This document shows, in pieces, positions 23,805 to 36,200 of a DNA stretch of 64,000 nt; positions within the stretch are counted from its first letter, which is position 1; each line of letters opens with the position of its first letter. Under the pieces are notes generated by a model that saw nothing but the letters and a program-made list of their open reading frames with translations, did no database searches and was not told the origin of the DNA. Both the position numbers and the translations under genes were made by a program. Location of the stretch: the NCBI GenBank assembly GCA_030295235.1, contig AP026123.1:930001-994000 (forward strand). The letters run 5' to 3'. Source of the stretch: Fistulifera solaris (Eukaryota).

Positions 23805-25351
23805 ATGCTAAACGCTGCTTTCATTTCAATTGAAGAGAATATTCTCTCAACCCTCCTCTACGTATACTTGGCCATTGAAGTCATATTCTACTTCATTTTC
23901 CACTTCCACTTCGTCCCAAAAGCCAACGAATGGGTAGAGCCGCAGCCTTACCGCGACTACGGTAAAGACAGGTGCCGTATAGTTGTTCGGATCTTGACAC
24001 GGGTTGCCAAGTTGGCGCAGTATCGTGGTCAGGCGACACGAGAAGGCATCCGTGACTACATTCTCGGATGTTTCGACCCCATCACACCATCCACGACCAA
24101 TAAAGAAGACATTGTTACATTTTCGAATGAGAAACCACTTTCCGAATTACCCGGCCTGCGGCGGTTATCCACGGGCGCGACGTCGTCGACTCTGTCGTCG
24201 AATTCGTCGCAATCGTCGTCTGATTTGTGTAGTGACGACCAGAGCGATAAAGAAGAAGACTCACAGTCCGAGTCAGCACGATGGACAATCCAGGAACTGG
24301 GAAGAGCTGATCTGGAAAATCTACTTTGCTGGGCTTGCTTTGGTAAAAAGCGAGAACGATTCCTCGAGTGGGAGGAGAAAGAAATGACAAGAACCGTCAA
24401 AACGATCGAAGAACGCTACGGACTCTACTTTGAGCCTGGTTCGACCGGTCGATTTAAGGCGCGTAACTTATCGCTGGACGATGGGAACTCGCTGCATCGT
24501 CCTCTTTTGGTGTACTTGATCGGAATGCTGTTCCATTTCTTCGGATCCTGTGTATTGCGAATGGCAGGCTTTCGTCGTACCTTCACATCGAACGGTCTGG
24601 TCGGATGGTATCGATCACCCCGTAATGAGTCCGCAGCTAAACTGTTGCCCTACCTCTTCTTTCATGGAATAGCCCCTGGCTGTTTGTTCTTTTACACACC
24701 CGCACTTCTATTTGGGCTATTCAACGACGGAAGAGCTCAGTTTTTATTCGAACTTCCAAATATTACATGGAGAATTGGGTTCCACGTTTTGGGCGAAAAA
24801 GACTTTGTCGAAGGAGTTGCCCAATTAGTCAATTCATACTTGCCGAAAGACCAGCCGATCTCGCTGGTGGGGCACTCGTTTGGTTCCGTCCCGATGACTT
24901 GGTTGTTGCATTCGTCTCTTCGTTCCCGGATTCGACACTTTGTATTGCTGGATCCCGTCACCCTTAAACTCAGTCAAAAGGATGTCATGGTAAATTTCTT
25001 GTACACCAAGAAGGTGAATCGCATTCGTATTTTGGCTGGCTCGGAATTGTTTACCGAATATTACTTGCGTCGACACTTCTTTTCTACAACAGCGAACTTT
25101 GGTTGGAAGACATACCACAGACAACACACTCTCTGATTTTCCTTGCCGAAAAGGACGAAATCGTGAACGCGGCTGATATAAAAGAGTTGATTGACTACCA
25201 CAAGAAGGCTTCACCTGAACAGAAGTTGAAACTAACGTACTGGAAAGGCGCGAATCACGGCCACTGGATCGGCAAGCCCAGTAAATGGCGTGAAATAAAA
25301 GAGTCCCTTTTAGAGCAAGAGCTCTCCATCCTACAAGAAATGCGACTGTGA
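23805..25351 (+). CDS. Alpha/beta hydrolase, paralog of 20887-22452; frameshift near 25083
   Basis: Shares QPYRDYG.DR, FFHGIAPG, VGHSFGSVP, LLDPVT, AGSELFT.YYLRRHF, KDEIVNA and WKGANHG with the upstream copy. Confidence 0.85.
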
Positions 25352-25646
25352 TTCATTTACTGAGGATTTTGTTTTGTTTGCTTCCGCAATTTAAACCTTA
25401 GCTGTTATTCTCCACATTTGACACACGTCGTACTCTTTTATAAAATACTAAGTGATTGCTAACGTCATCTGACCATGAAGTATTGTGCAAGTGTACGAAT
25501 AGGAAGAGCGACCGACAATGGAGAAAGGAGATAATACCTGGTAGATGAAAGATGAGTGCAGGGAGATCGGGAATCGGGATCAACGATCAACACGACGCTT
25601 TTATTTTTTCTGCGGTTGGATCGAGGGGCTTGCCATTTGCCATTTA

Positions 25647-26764
25647 CTACCTCCGGGGGCGATAATGGGCCCGTCGTGCCCCGTGTAATTTTTTTGTACT
25701 GCATTTCTACGTAAAATCACGTAGGGGGCAAAAAATTTCCTTCCGTCTCGAGCTTTTTTACTCACGATGGAGGCATCACCATGGTGATTTCCTTGGCAAT
25801 ACGAACCATTCAGCGTGAATAAATGCAAATAAACATTACTTTAAAACCTTTAATTACTTCTAGTGCCCAGTTCTGGCCGTTGGCGCGGTCGTTGTCTTTC
25901 GTTTTACCCCAAAGATGAAGCCAATCCACGGACGACGACGACGACTCTGAATGCATTTGTCTGTTGTTGTCCTGTGAAAAGGTTATATCCTGCTCTGGTG
26001 AGCGATTCTAGCGTAAATCGCTTCAGCTTAACGTCCCCTTGAATGAGCCGCGGCTCTACATGCGCAACGCAGCCAGAGACGTTCGATACTGCCTCTGCTG
26101 ATGCATTTTGTCGTCTCGAATGCGATTCTTCGAATGGCGAAAGTTGATTGTTTTGGTAATCGAACAGCTTAGCAAGTCAAGCTAAATATCCAACAGGAAG
26201 CCTTCTCCGCAACAGATGATGTGCTCAATCAACATGCCGAGATTGGAGTGTTTCGTGTCGAAGCATTAAAAGTCCCTCGTCATTGGTGTCATTGTCATTT
26301 CTTTCGAACGGAGCTTTGCTGCATCAGAAACTCCAAAAAATCCCAATAACCTGCTCACGCGGCTGATTGATGCATTACCGCGTTGATAAATCCTTCGAAG
26401 GGTCTTAACAATAGAAGCAACCGTTCTCTGGAAGCAAACTTCCTTCGCCGTCGCGCTAGTCATTGCTCACGGTCGTCAGCCAGTAAACACAAAGAGCCTC
26501 TTCTCCTGTACGCCACGGGCTTCCAAGCTTCCTCAAGGATCGTCTCCATTATCCTTTCCTCCCCCTCGGGCATCTGTAAAACCTCCATTTCTCCGTATTC
26601 GATTGTTTTATGCATTCATTTGTGGATTGTGTCATGGTGGAGTTCGTTGTGTTTCTGTGTGAGTCTATGTTCCTCTACGTGAAATCACGTAGAAATTCAG
26701 TACAAAAACTTTACACGGGGGATCGCGTATGACGTCTGGGCCAATTATCGCCCCCCGGAGGTAG
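25647..26764. mobile_element. Non-autonomous Tc1/mariner-type DNA transposon (Stowaway-like termini), ~1.1 kb, ~85-bp imperfect TIRs, TA target duplication
   Basis: Left end is TA|CTACCTCCGGGGGCGATAATGGGCCC...CCCCGTGTAATTTTTTTGTACTGCATTTCTACGT. Right end is the reverse complement, ACGTAGAAATTCAGTACAAAAACTTTACACGGGGG...GGGCCAATTATCGCCCCCCGGAGGTAG|TA. No intact transposase is visible inside. Confidence 0.85.
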
Positions 26765-26826
26765 TATTTAGCATATTTAGTATTACAAGTACTGTACCAG
26801 GTACGGGTACTTGTACAACAGCTTTC

Positions 26827-26866
26827 AGCATCCAGCATCCAGCATCCAGCATCCAGAATCCAGAAT
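26827..26866 (+). repeat. Heptamer microsatellite (CAGCATC/CAGAATC)n
   Basis: cagcatc x4 followed by cagaatc variants. Confidence 0.8.
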
Positions 26867-27313
26867 TAGAGACAGTTAAAAAGTACTAAAAATATATCAA
26901 ATGATTGTTGAGTCTTGTTTTGTGCATTGTGTGTCGTGAGTGTGTCGTGTGTCGTGTTTCGTGTGTCAAAATCAATAAGAAATACAGTAAGCAATAAGCT
27001 GAAAACTGAAAACGGTTTTTCTCTAAACGAGGTAAGAGGTAAGAGGTGGATTGATTATTGATTTTCATTTTTGAATTTTTGACAGTAGACTTCAGCTTCT
27101 CTATCTACCAGTACTGTTAAAGTCCGTACTACGTAGTTGAGACCTTGCTTATAACCGCCAATAAAAAACTGCAACACCACGCGTCGTCTTCTCGCTTTTG
27201 TCCTTGCGATGGTCAACACTTCCACTTCGACCCACAAAAAAAGCTTTGATTCCGCTCGATCCACTTCTCTTCCATTTTAAGATTCACGAAACGGTGAAAT
27301 AGTTGCTGAAAAA

Positions 27314-29421
27314 ATGAACTTCATCTTGATGTTGATGCTCCTCGCGCCACTGCTTACTGTCGCTCGTCTGGAGGGTGAAAGCCGCGGACTGCAACTAATG
27401 AACGCTTGTGGACAGAATTTGCCGGAAACGTGCGAATGCGAAGATCTGAACGAATACACACTTGGAACTTGCAACAAAGCAGGGCGCTGTGTCCACAGCT
27501 GCATTGATGACGGTAACGCATGTACTTTTCAAAGCCTGGAAGAAAACAACTGTGTGCCTCAAGAAATCAGCTGCGACGCTGGGAACGAGTACATGTCCAG
27601 CACGTGCGACCCCGTACAAGGATGCGTCTCAAGTTGTATCGACGACAACAATCTCTGTACCACTCAGAGTTTGGAAGTCGAGAACTGTGTTCCTCAAGAA
27701 ATGAACGCGGCTGATGTATGCGACGATCGGAACGACGACACCATTGACTCTTGCGTCCCTGAAGTTGGCTGCTCGCACATATGTGACGACGGCAATGCGT
27801 GCACCAACGATACCTGGGATGATGCTAAAGGAGAATGCGTTTTCGAGACTAAAATATGTGACGATGAAAATGTGTCAACGCTTGATATTTGCTTACCCAA
27901 TGAAGGCGGCTGCAAGTTTCTTGATTTCTCTTCAGCTGATCTTGATAGCTTTGAAACGTTTTACGAAAACAATATTGCAAATTTGCCCGAGAACGCCTAC
28001 TTTTACGAAGACGAAACCTCTTTGACCGACGCTGACGTTGTATCTCTACTGAACTGGATCAACAAGAAGGTGGTCCTGGCCAAAACTCCCTACTGTTATA
28101 AGCAGTCGTACGGTCGAGGCGTTGGGCAAGTATTGACGGCGTGTCCAAGCCCGAAAGAGAAAATCGGTGCTCTTTGTTATAGCCCTTGTCGACCTGGGTA
28201 TAGCCGCCAAGGAACTTTTGATTGCCAGCAAGAGTGCAAAGCGGGCTGGAGAGATGATGGTCTTTTCTGCCGCTTGGCAGAGTATGGCAGAGGTGCAGGG
28301 TGAGTCCAAAACAACAGAATGCATGCTACGAAAGATCCAAGTTCTTGGAACTTACCTTTCTTATTCGATACATTCAACAGATACCCATGGCACTTTGGTG
28401 ACCCATTGAATGATTCCGGTATGTTTAGACGCTGCGAAGCTGATCACGGCCGAGGTAATTGCGAGAAGTGGGGTGCGGTCGTTTATCCAAAATGTAAGAA
28501 GAATCTCCAATTTTTGTACTGCAATGTTGCTCGACGCCATCTCAACGACTGCTGGTTAACCCTTTAGGTCGATCCGGATACAGTCCTTTCGGATGCTGCA
28601 TTTGCAGACCTGCAGTGCCAAACTGTGCCGCTGAAGGCTACAACTCTCCTGGATTTGACCTGTCCTGTCCAGTGAAAATTGAGTTGGGTGATCCGACTCC
28701 TCTGATCTGTGCCAGCGGTTTAGAACAGGACGGTGCTTTGTGCTATCCGCCCTGTCGAGCAGGTTTCAATGGTATTGGACCCGTCTGTTGGCAAGTTTGC
28801 GACGAAAGTGGCTTGGATTGCGGAGTCGGTTGCGCCGCAGACAGTACAACGTGTGCTCTCTCAACGATAGATATGGTATTGGGCCCTTTGATCTTGGCCG
28901 CCAACGTCGCGACCTTGGGACTCACTGCCGCTCCTGCCAATGCAGCAAGAACGGTTGTTATCGGTTCCAAGACAATCGCTTACAGCAACAACGTTGGCTA
29001 TGCCATGTTGAATCTGGCCAAACTACTTCGAACTGTCAACATGCCCGACATTCCCGAAGGAGCAACTTTAATCAGACGGGCATGGCTTCACGGAGGGCCA
29101 TACACGGTAGTGAATGTGCGTTCTGTAGTGCACGGTGCACTGACATTGTATTCATTTTTGTACGCTGAGAAGTTCGAGGAGCTGACAACTACAGCAATCA
29201 ATGCGAAGTTGGATCAAGAACTCGAACCGAGGGACGCTATGTATATCAAGTCAATCTGGGCAACGTTGCAGTTTGCTGAAATCCAGGCTGCTGAAGGATG
29301 GAATATCGCACAAACTACTTTGGCTGTAGCGAGTTTGGTTGATGTCACGGGGTTGACGGGCGCCATTGCAGCCTATGCGAATCCAATCTGCGTCGATGTT
29401 GTACCTTTTCCAGATATCTGA
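27314..29421 (+). CDS. Secreted cysteine-rich protein: Dictyostelium-type CDDxNxCT repeats, YGRG(V/A)G Cys-rich domain and hydrophobic helical C-terminus
   Basis: Signal peptide MNFILMLMLLAPLLTVA. Repeats CIDDGNACT, CIDDNNLCT, CDDRNDDTIDSC, CDDGNACTNDT and CDDENVSTLDIC. Introns at ~28300-28380 and ~28494-28567 join the three ORFs. Confidence 0.8.
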
Positions 29422-29900
29422 TGACGTTCGCTTGTAGTGTCCATTGCTTTTGAACGTCCTTAATGCATTTCATCTTAAATATAGTGATATTTTCATGTTT
29501 TTATGTTTCAACGATAGAAGACGGATTGCAACTGTTCAGCAAATTACGCCTACTGTTCAGACTCGCATGTGCATACCAGTTACCAGTACCGTTTCCCTTT
29601 CAGTGCACCTCGCTTTGCGAATTGTGGAAGCATCCTTTCGCTCTCGTTTTTAGTTTCTTGTCTGCATTGCCACGAAGCGACAGGATACACATCATCACGA
29701 GGCAAACAGTATAATATAATAGAAAAGATCGAGAGAGGCATGCATCGCAGCGGCACCGCAGCGGCGGAGGATAACAATTTTTTATTACGTAGTACAGGGT
29801 ATACGGTTCGCAGCATTATCGCTTTTTCACTCCGTGGTCAAGGTCCGTTGCGCCGAGTCCACAATTTCTATTCATGTACAGCCACATATACCACTCAGAG

Positions 29901-30782
29901 ATGGACAGAGCCCGGAAAGAAGCCGAAGCGGACGAGGAGTCGTCATCGGCATCGTTTGAGGCACCCGACGCTATCGTTCTTCCCGGTCGAGGCTCGTTCG
30001 ATGACTCTGACATCACCTACGATCGATCCGATCGATTGGAGCAGGACGGCAGTAGCGGTAGTGATGGAAGCAATAATGACGACTTGTATGCAGATTACAG
30101 GAGGCAAACAGAACGGATCCGTACGAAGGAACCGTATCATTCTCCATTGCGAAACCGCGTCACTGTTCAAGCAACAGGAAACTTTCCACTATTCTCCCGC
30201 CCCGTGGCCGCGGTTCACCAGAAAATGAATCAAACCATGAATCATTTCCGAAAAGACAACAATCAGCAATCCAGTCAATGTAATACTGCTGAAGAAAATT
30301 TCCAGAGTCCTGCAATGAGGTCAGTTCGTCACAGTCATCCTTCCGAATCGAGTCAGAAAGTCACATCAAAAATGCGTGCCGGTAGCATGGATTCCTGTGA
30401 TTTTCAACTATTGGCCTCAGGTGGTATATCAGAACACGATAGGAATGCTCGACGTAGCATTCGAAGAAGTCAAAGCGCTGACAAAGATGCGTTCGCACAA
30501 GCGCTAGATCCAAATCGAGAAAGTCGACGCAATGTGCGCAGGACTTCCAGTAGAGACGGGTCCTCATTCGGAAAAAGGCCAGATTTCGTTGGCGAGATTC
30601 GAGGTGGAGGACGGAGACATCAAAGTGCCGATGGAAGTGTGTTTGAACCTCAAAGAAACGAAGTTCGAGAACGGCATGTTGACGCAGATGATTATGAAAA
30701 ACTCGGTTTTCAGGCTTTGGCCGCGGGAGACGGTCGTGCTTGTCGAAATCTACGTCGACACAAAAGCAGCGATCATTTCTAA
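29901..30782 (+). CDS. Hypothetical disordered S/R/D-rich protein with RRxxS motifs
   Basis: Open frame of ~290 aa with low-complexity composition and repeated RRSQSAD/RRHQSAD/RRHKSSD. No recognisable domain; may continue past the stop. Confidence 0.5.
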   Translation: MDRARKEAEADEESSSASFEAPDAIVLPGRGSFDDSDITYDRSDRLEQDGSSGSDGSNNDDLYADYRRQTERIRTKEPYHSPLRNRVTVQATGNFPLFSRPVAAVHQKMNQTMNHFRKDNNQQSSQCNTAEENFQSPAMRSVRHSHPSESSQKVTSKMRAGSMDSCDFQLLASGGISEHDRNARRSIRRSQSADKDAFAQALDPNRESRRNVRRTSSRDGSSFGKRPDFVGEIRGGGRRHQSADGSVFEPQRNEVRERHVDADDYEKLGFQALAAGDGRACRNLRRHKSSDHF

Positions 30783-31109
30783 GGCGGTCGCAAGTCGTAA
30801 AAGAGTGAGGCGAGGGGCTGAATTCATTTTTTATTGTATGTCATCATGAATCAGCAAGAGCCACATCCCCCGCAAACCGGCAATAGCAGACTTGCAGTCC
30901 AACACTTGGTCGAGCTTCGTCGGAAGCCGTTGATGAGCTCTCTATCTAGATTGTAATGATGAAGCCATCAAATCCAAAACTGTGTCGGATGGCTTGTAAT
31001 ACTAAATTAATTCTAGTTTTGAACCAGCTATGGTTTACTCCGTATTCGGAATGCATCGCGTAACTGAATTTTTGCAAGGAATCGCCGCCAGAAGACCGAT
31101 TCCAGATTT

Positions 31110-32810
31110 TCTGGAAAATCCACAGAACTCCAATCACCGATTCAAAAATTCCTTGAACTCAGACGGTGTTTAGAATCATAACGAAATGCTAAAAACGTTT
31201 TGGAAATAGTCTGTACACGGTGTTTTGGATCCTACCAAAATGCTGTACACGCTCAAGATTTTCTGGACGCGGTGTTGTGATGATAACGAAAGAAAGTGCA
31301 CATTCCAGAAAATCTGGAATTCTGGGTTCTGGATGAGTCATTTCATGTCATACAGAAATTCTGTAGTGGTCCAGAAATTCTGGACCAGATTTTTTCGATC
31401 CTACCGAAATGCTAAATACGTTTTGGAAATAATCTGTACACGGGGTTTGGATCCTACCAAAATGCTGTGCACGCTCACGATTTTCTGGACGCGGTGTTGT
31501 GATGATAACGAAAGAAAGTGCACATTCCAGAAAATCTGGAATTCTGGATTCTGGATGAGTCATTTCATGTCATACAGAAATTCTGTAGTGGTCCAGAAGT
31601 TCTGGACCAGATTTTTTCGATCCTACCGAAATGCTAAATACGTTTTGGAAATAGTCTGTACACGGTGTTTTGGATCCTACCAAAATGCTGTACACGCTCA
31701 AGATTTTCTGGACGCGGTGTTTTGATGATAACGAAAGAAAGTGCACATTCCAGAAAATCTGGAATTCTGGGTTCTGGATGATTCATTTCATGTCATACAG
31801 AAATTCTGTAGTGGTCCAGAAATTCTGGACCAGATTTTTTCGATCCTACCGAAATGCTAAATACGTTTTGGAAATAGTCTGTACACGGGGTTTGGGATCC
31901 TACCAAAATGCTGTACACGCTCACGATTTTCTGGACGCGGTGTTGTGATGATAACGAAAGAAAGTGCACATTCCAGAAAATCTGGAATTCTGGGTTCTGG
32001 ATGAGTCATTTCATGTCATACAGAAATTCTGTAGTGGTCCAGAAATTCTGGACCAGATTTTTTCGATCCTACCGAAATGCTAAAAACGTTTTGGAAATAG
32101 TCTGTACACGGTGTTTTGGATCCTACCAAAATGCTGTACACGCTCAAGATTTTCTGGACGCGGTGTTGTGATGATAACGAAAGAAAGTGCACATTCCAGA
32201 AAATCTGGAATTCTGGAAGAGTCATTTCATGTCATACAGAAATTCTGTAGTGGTCCAGAAATTCTGGACCAGATTTTTCGATCCTACCGAAATGCTAAAA
32301 ACGTTTTGGAAATAGTCTGTACACGGGGTTTGGGATCCTACCAAAATGCTGTACACGCTCAAGATTTTCTGGACGCGGTGTTGTGATGATAACGAAAGAA
32401 AGTGCACATTCCAGAAAATCTGGAATTCTGGGTTCTGGATGATTCATTTCATGTCATACAGAAATTCTGTAGTGGTCCAGAAATTCTGGACCAGATTTTT
32501 CGATCCTACCGAAATGCTAAATGCGTTTTGGAAATAGTCTGTACACGGTGTTTTGGATCCTACCAAAATGCTGTGCACGCTCAAGATTTTCTGGACGCGG
32601 TGTTTTGATGATAACGAAAGAAAGTGCACATTCCAGAAAATCTGGAATTCTGGATTCTGGATGAGTCATTTCATGTCATACAGAAATTCTGTAGTGGTCC
32701 AGAAATTCTGGACCAGATTTTTTCGATCCTACCGAAATGCTAAAAACGTTTTGGAAATAGTCTGTACACGGTGTTTTGGATCTAATCGAAAGAAAGTGCA
32801 CATTCCAGAA
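31110..32810. repeat. Tandem satellite, ~7.5 copies of a 222-223-bp unit rich in TCCAGAAA(A/T)TCTGGA palindromes
   Basis: 'tggaaatagtctgtacacgg' recurs at ~31201, 31424, 31646, 31869, 32092, 32307, 32529 and 32752. Units are near-identical; one has a ~8-bp deletion. Confidence 0.95.
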
Positions 32811-33228
32811 ATACTTTGTCATAATAGGACGTAAGATCCCCATTTATAGAAATCGCGTTCTCGAATGAATTGCTTGTTAATTTCAGTTTCGAGTGTTTAC
32901 CTGGTAGTGTTGAGAATGAAAACGAGTGGAATCCGGAATCCATTACACTAAATATTTTGTTTTATGTAAAACCTTACTACCTACTGACTAGACCCTACTG
33001 ACCACCAAGAACCGCAAGCCGAAAACCTTTTTTCGTCCTTTTTTTCTTTGACAGAACACTGCTGCTTTTGATGATTTTGAATACTGCACATGGCATCTTG
33101 CTAGAACAAACATTTGAAAAAGCCCTAGTACTATCAAAACGCAATTCTCGGAAAAGCTGAAAATGAGGAGGTCAAAAAGCAACCCAGCCAAATACACTCG
33201 GAATTATCGATCTATTTCCCAACGCCGC

Positions 33229-36200
33229 ATGACCGAGCATGACAAGCTTGACGAGGAGCAAGAGATTCAAAAGTTACGCAACACTATCAAAGAACAAGAT
33301 GAGAAAATATCGGAAACGTCGCGCGCAAATCGGAAAAGAAAAGAACTCGAGGAGAATGATAGCTCTCATGCGTTCAGTGGCATTCTCTCCGAGGACCTCA
33401 TTGACGACCAAGGTTACAACAACGACGACGACAATTTGCTCATTGTTGAATCCAAAAAGAAAAAAGCCAAAGCAGAAAGAGACGGTAACACTAACGCCTC
33501 GAGAGCTAAAGCAAGCAAAACAACTACAAAAGAACGCAATGCGAAAGCTAAAACAACTAGAAACTCGAGCTCAGCAAAAGAAAAACGCATCGATCTATAC
33601 GCGAAACTGCAAGCTTCGGCCCTGTCTCAGCAGAATATGGAACTTCTGACGTCGTCATCGACACTGGGGAAACATTTGACTAAGAAAGAACAGCTCAAAC
33701 TTATCCTGAAGAAAGAGAGAGCTGGAATACAGTTGACACAAGATGAACATGATCTACTGTATCGAGACAGAGATATTCCCGCTTGCTCCGATCAGAGCGC
33801 CCTCATGAGTAACTTATCCACTGGGGATTCGAAACAAGAAAAAACAAAACTGCAGGAACAAATAAGTGATACAAAGTTCATGTTCGCGGGTTCACAGACG
33901 CAAGTACAAACTATCACGGGACGAGCTGAGTCGATAACGACACACCACGGACCGCCGGAGACACGGACGAATACCTCGCACGCAGCTGCTGATTCGTCGC
34001 AACAAAAAGACAAAAGTGGAGCTGCGTCAAGTGCGGCCTCATTTGCAGCGCAAATGATGGCGTCTCTGCTACCCTCAAGCACAAGACTGTGACCGACTCC
34101 GAGAACGATTCGGTGATGAAGGACAAGGAGTTGGAAGACATATTGGAGCTTAGGAAATCGTCAGTAAAGAAATACGTCCCAAGCAATCCAGTTGAGCTTA
34201 AAACAGCAGCAACGCTTGGTCTACATCCCAATAAGAGCGAAGTTAGGTCGAAAGGGTTAAAAATAAGGGAGATTGAACGTCCGAAGAGTGTTCAGGATGC
34301 TCGCTACGATCTACCGGTTGCTACTATGGAATTTGAAGTAATGGATACTATCCGAAACAATGATGTGACAATTATTTGCGGAGAGACTGGGTCTGGAAAA
34401 AGTACTCAGGTACCCCAGTTCTTGTACGAATTTGGTTTCTCTCAAAGTGAACAAGATGGTACTTTTTCACATCCTTTTCTCATTAGGGTGACTCAGCCAC
34501 GGCGCGTGGCTGCGGTCTCAACTGCAAAGCGAGTATGCTATGAAATGGGACTCGGGGATGGAGTTTCCATTCGTAATGGTAAGAAGAGATCCGGAAATCT
34601 TGTTTCGTATCAAACTCGTTACGAAACAGCTGGTTTGGGTTCTTCGACGCACATCAAATTTATGACAGACGGCATTCTGCTACAAGAGGTTCAATCCGAC
34701 TTGCTTCTCCGAAAATATAATGTGATTATTTTGGACGAAGCGCACGAGAGAGGTCTCAATACAGACATTCTTATTGGCTTATTGAGTAAAGCTGTTCCGT
34801 TACGGAAGGAGGCATCACTCGAGTCAAACTCAGCGCTCCCCCCTTTGAAATTGGTGATCATGAGCGCTACTCTTCGAGTCGAAGATTTTACGGGTAACAC
34901 ATCTTTGTTCCCTTCGATTACGCCTGCGGTCGTCAAAGTACCGGGTCGTACCCATCCAGTCACCATTCACCACAGCAAGGTGACCGAATTAGTCAATTAT
35001 GGTGAGTTTTGTTTGCGCGTACCATGACTTGTCGGTACGCTTCACTCACCGTCAGTTCTGTAGAGGATGCCATATTAAAGAAGGTCTGCAAAATCCATCG
35101 AAAGTTACCCCCTGGTGGTATACTAGTATTCCTAACTGGCAAGCAAGAAATCGTGCGAATGGTTAAGCGACTTCGAAAGATTTTATGTAAGCAGTCGGAC
35201 ACCAAGACTTTTAGTTTTGATGATGTATCTCCATCAAACGCGTCTTTTAATAACGATTCCCTCCGAGATTTGGACGACGATGAAGCAGACGGAGACTTAT
35301 TTCGTAACGAAAATGATGAAGACTATGATGATGTTAACGATGAAGAGGCTCCGGTTAAAGGTACAACAGATGAAAGTGAAGACGGGACACCACAAAAGCA
35401 ACAATTCTTCCACTCTACTCGCTACTTTCTAGCGAAGACCAAGCGAAAGTATTTGCCCCTGTTCCCGACGATCACCGCCTCATTATTATTGCGACGAATA
35501 TTGCAGAGACAAGTATCACCATTCCCGGAATATCATACGTTGTGGATTCTGGACGACAAAAATGCAGAAACTTCAACCCGCTAACTGGTGTTGCCTCGTA
35601 CGATATCATGTGGATTAGTAAAGCAGCTGCGGACCAAAGAGCGGGACGTGCGGGGAGAACTGGGCCCGGACATTGCTATCGCTTGTACTCAAGCAGCATG
35701 TACGTTCGCCATATGGATGATTTTGAGTTACCGGAAGTACTTTCGAGACCTTTGGAAGATGTCGTTCTTGCGATGAAGGCGATGCACGTCAATGAAATTG
35801 AACGCTTTCCATTTCCAACACAACCCGACAGGTCACAGATAAAAGCGGCAATCAAACTTCTTGCAGATTTAGGATGCATTGACACGTCAGATGAGACTGT
35901 TGAAGCTGGTGACGGCCGAATCACTCGTCTAGGCTCAGCAGTAGCAAAACTCCCATTAGGTATTCGCTGTGGAAAGATGCTTTTAGTGGCAGCTCAAGCC
36001 GGAGTACTTGATTATTGCATTGCAATGGTAGCCGCTTTATCTGAAAAGAATCCTTTCAATCAGAACGGTCAGGAAGTTGTCGACGTTGAATATATAGACG
36101 GGGATGGTTCTTCCAGCGAGATCAGCGAAGATGGCAACGAGGCAACCACACTTAAGAAAAAGCCCCATAAATGGATTCATAAGGCAGGTGATGTGTTGGC

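Noticed and set aside
25730..26670. Transposase inside the TIR element
   Set aside because: Only short ORFs (<100 aa) are present and no DDE/D or HTH motif is recognisable by eye.
31110..32810. CRISPR-like array interpretation of the palindromic repeats (also 15.1-15.8 kb and 41.2-41.6 kb)
   Set aside because: The sequence between palindromes is itself repeated, so there are no unique spacers. No cas genes are present and the context is eukaryotic.
31225..32834. Many repeated ORFs (MDPTKML.., FQKIWNSGFW..) in the satellite
   Set aside because: These are by-products of a non-coding tandem repeat: unit lengths of 222/223/215 break the frame and the composition is not protein-like.
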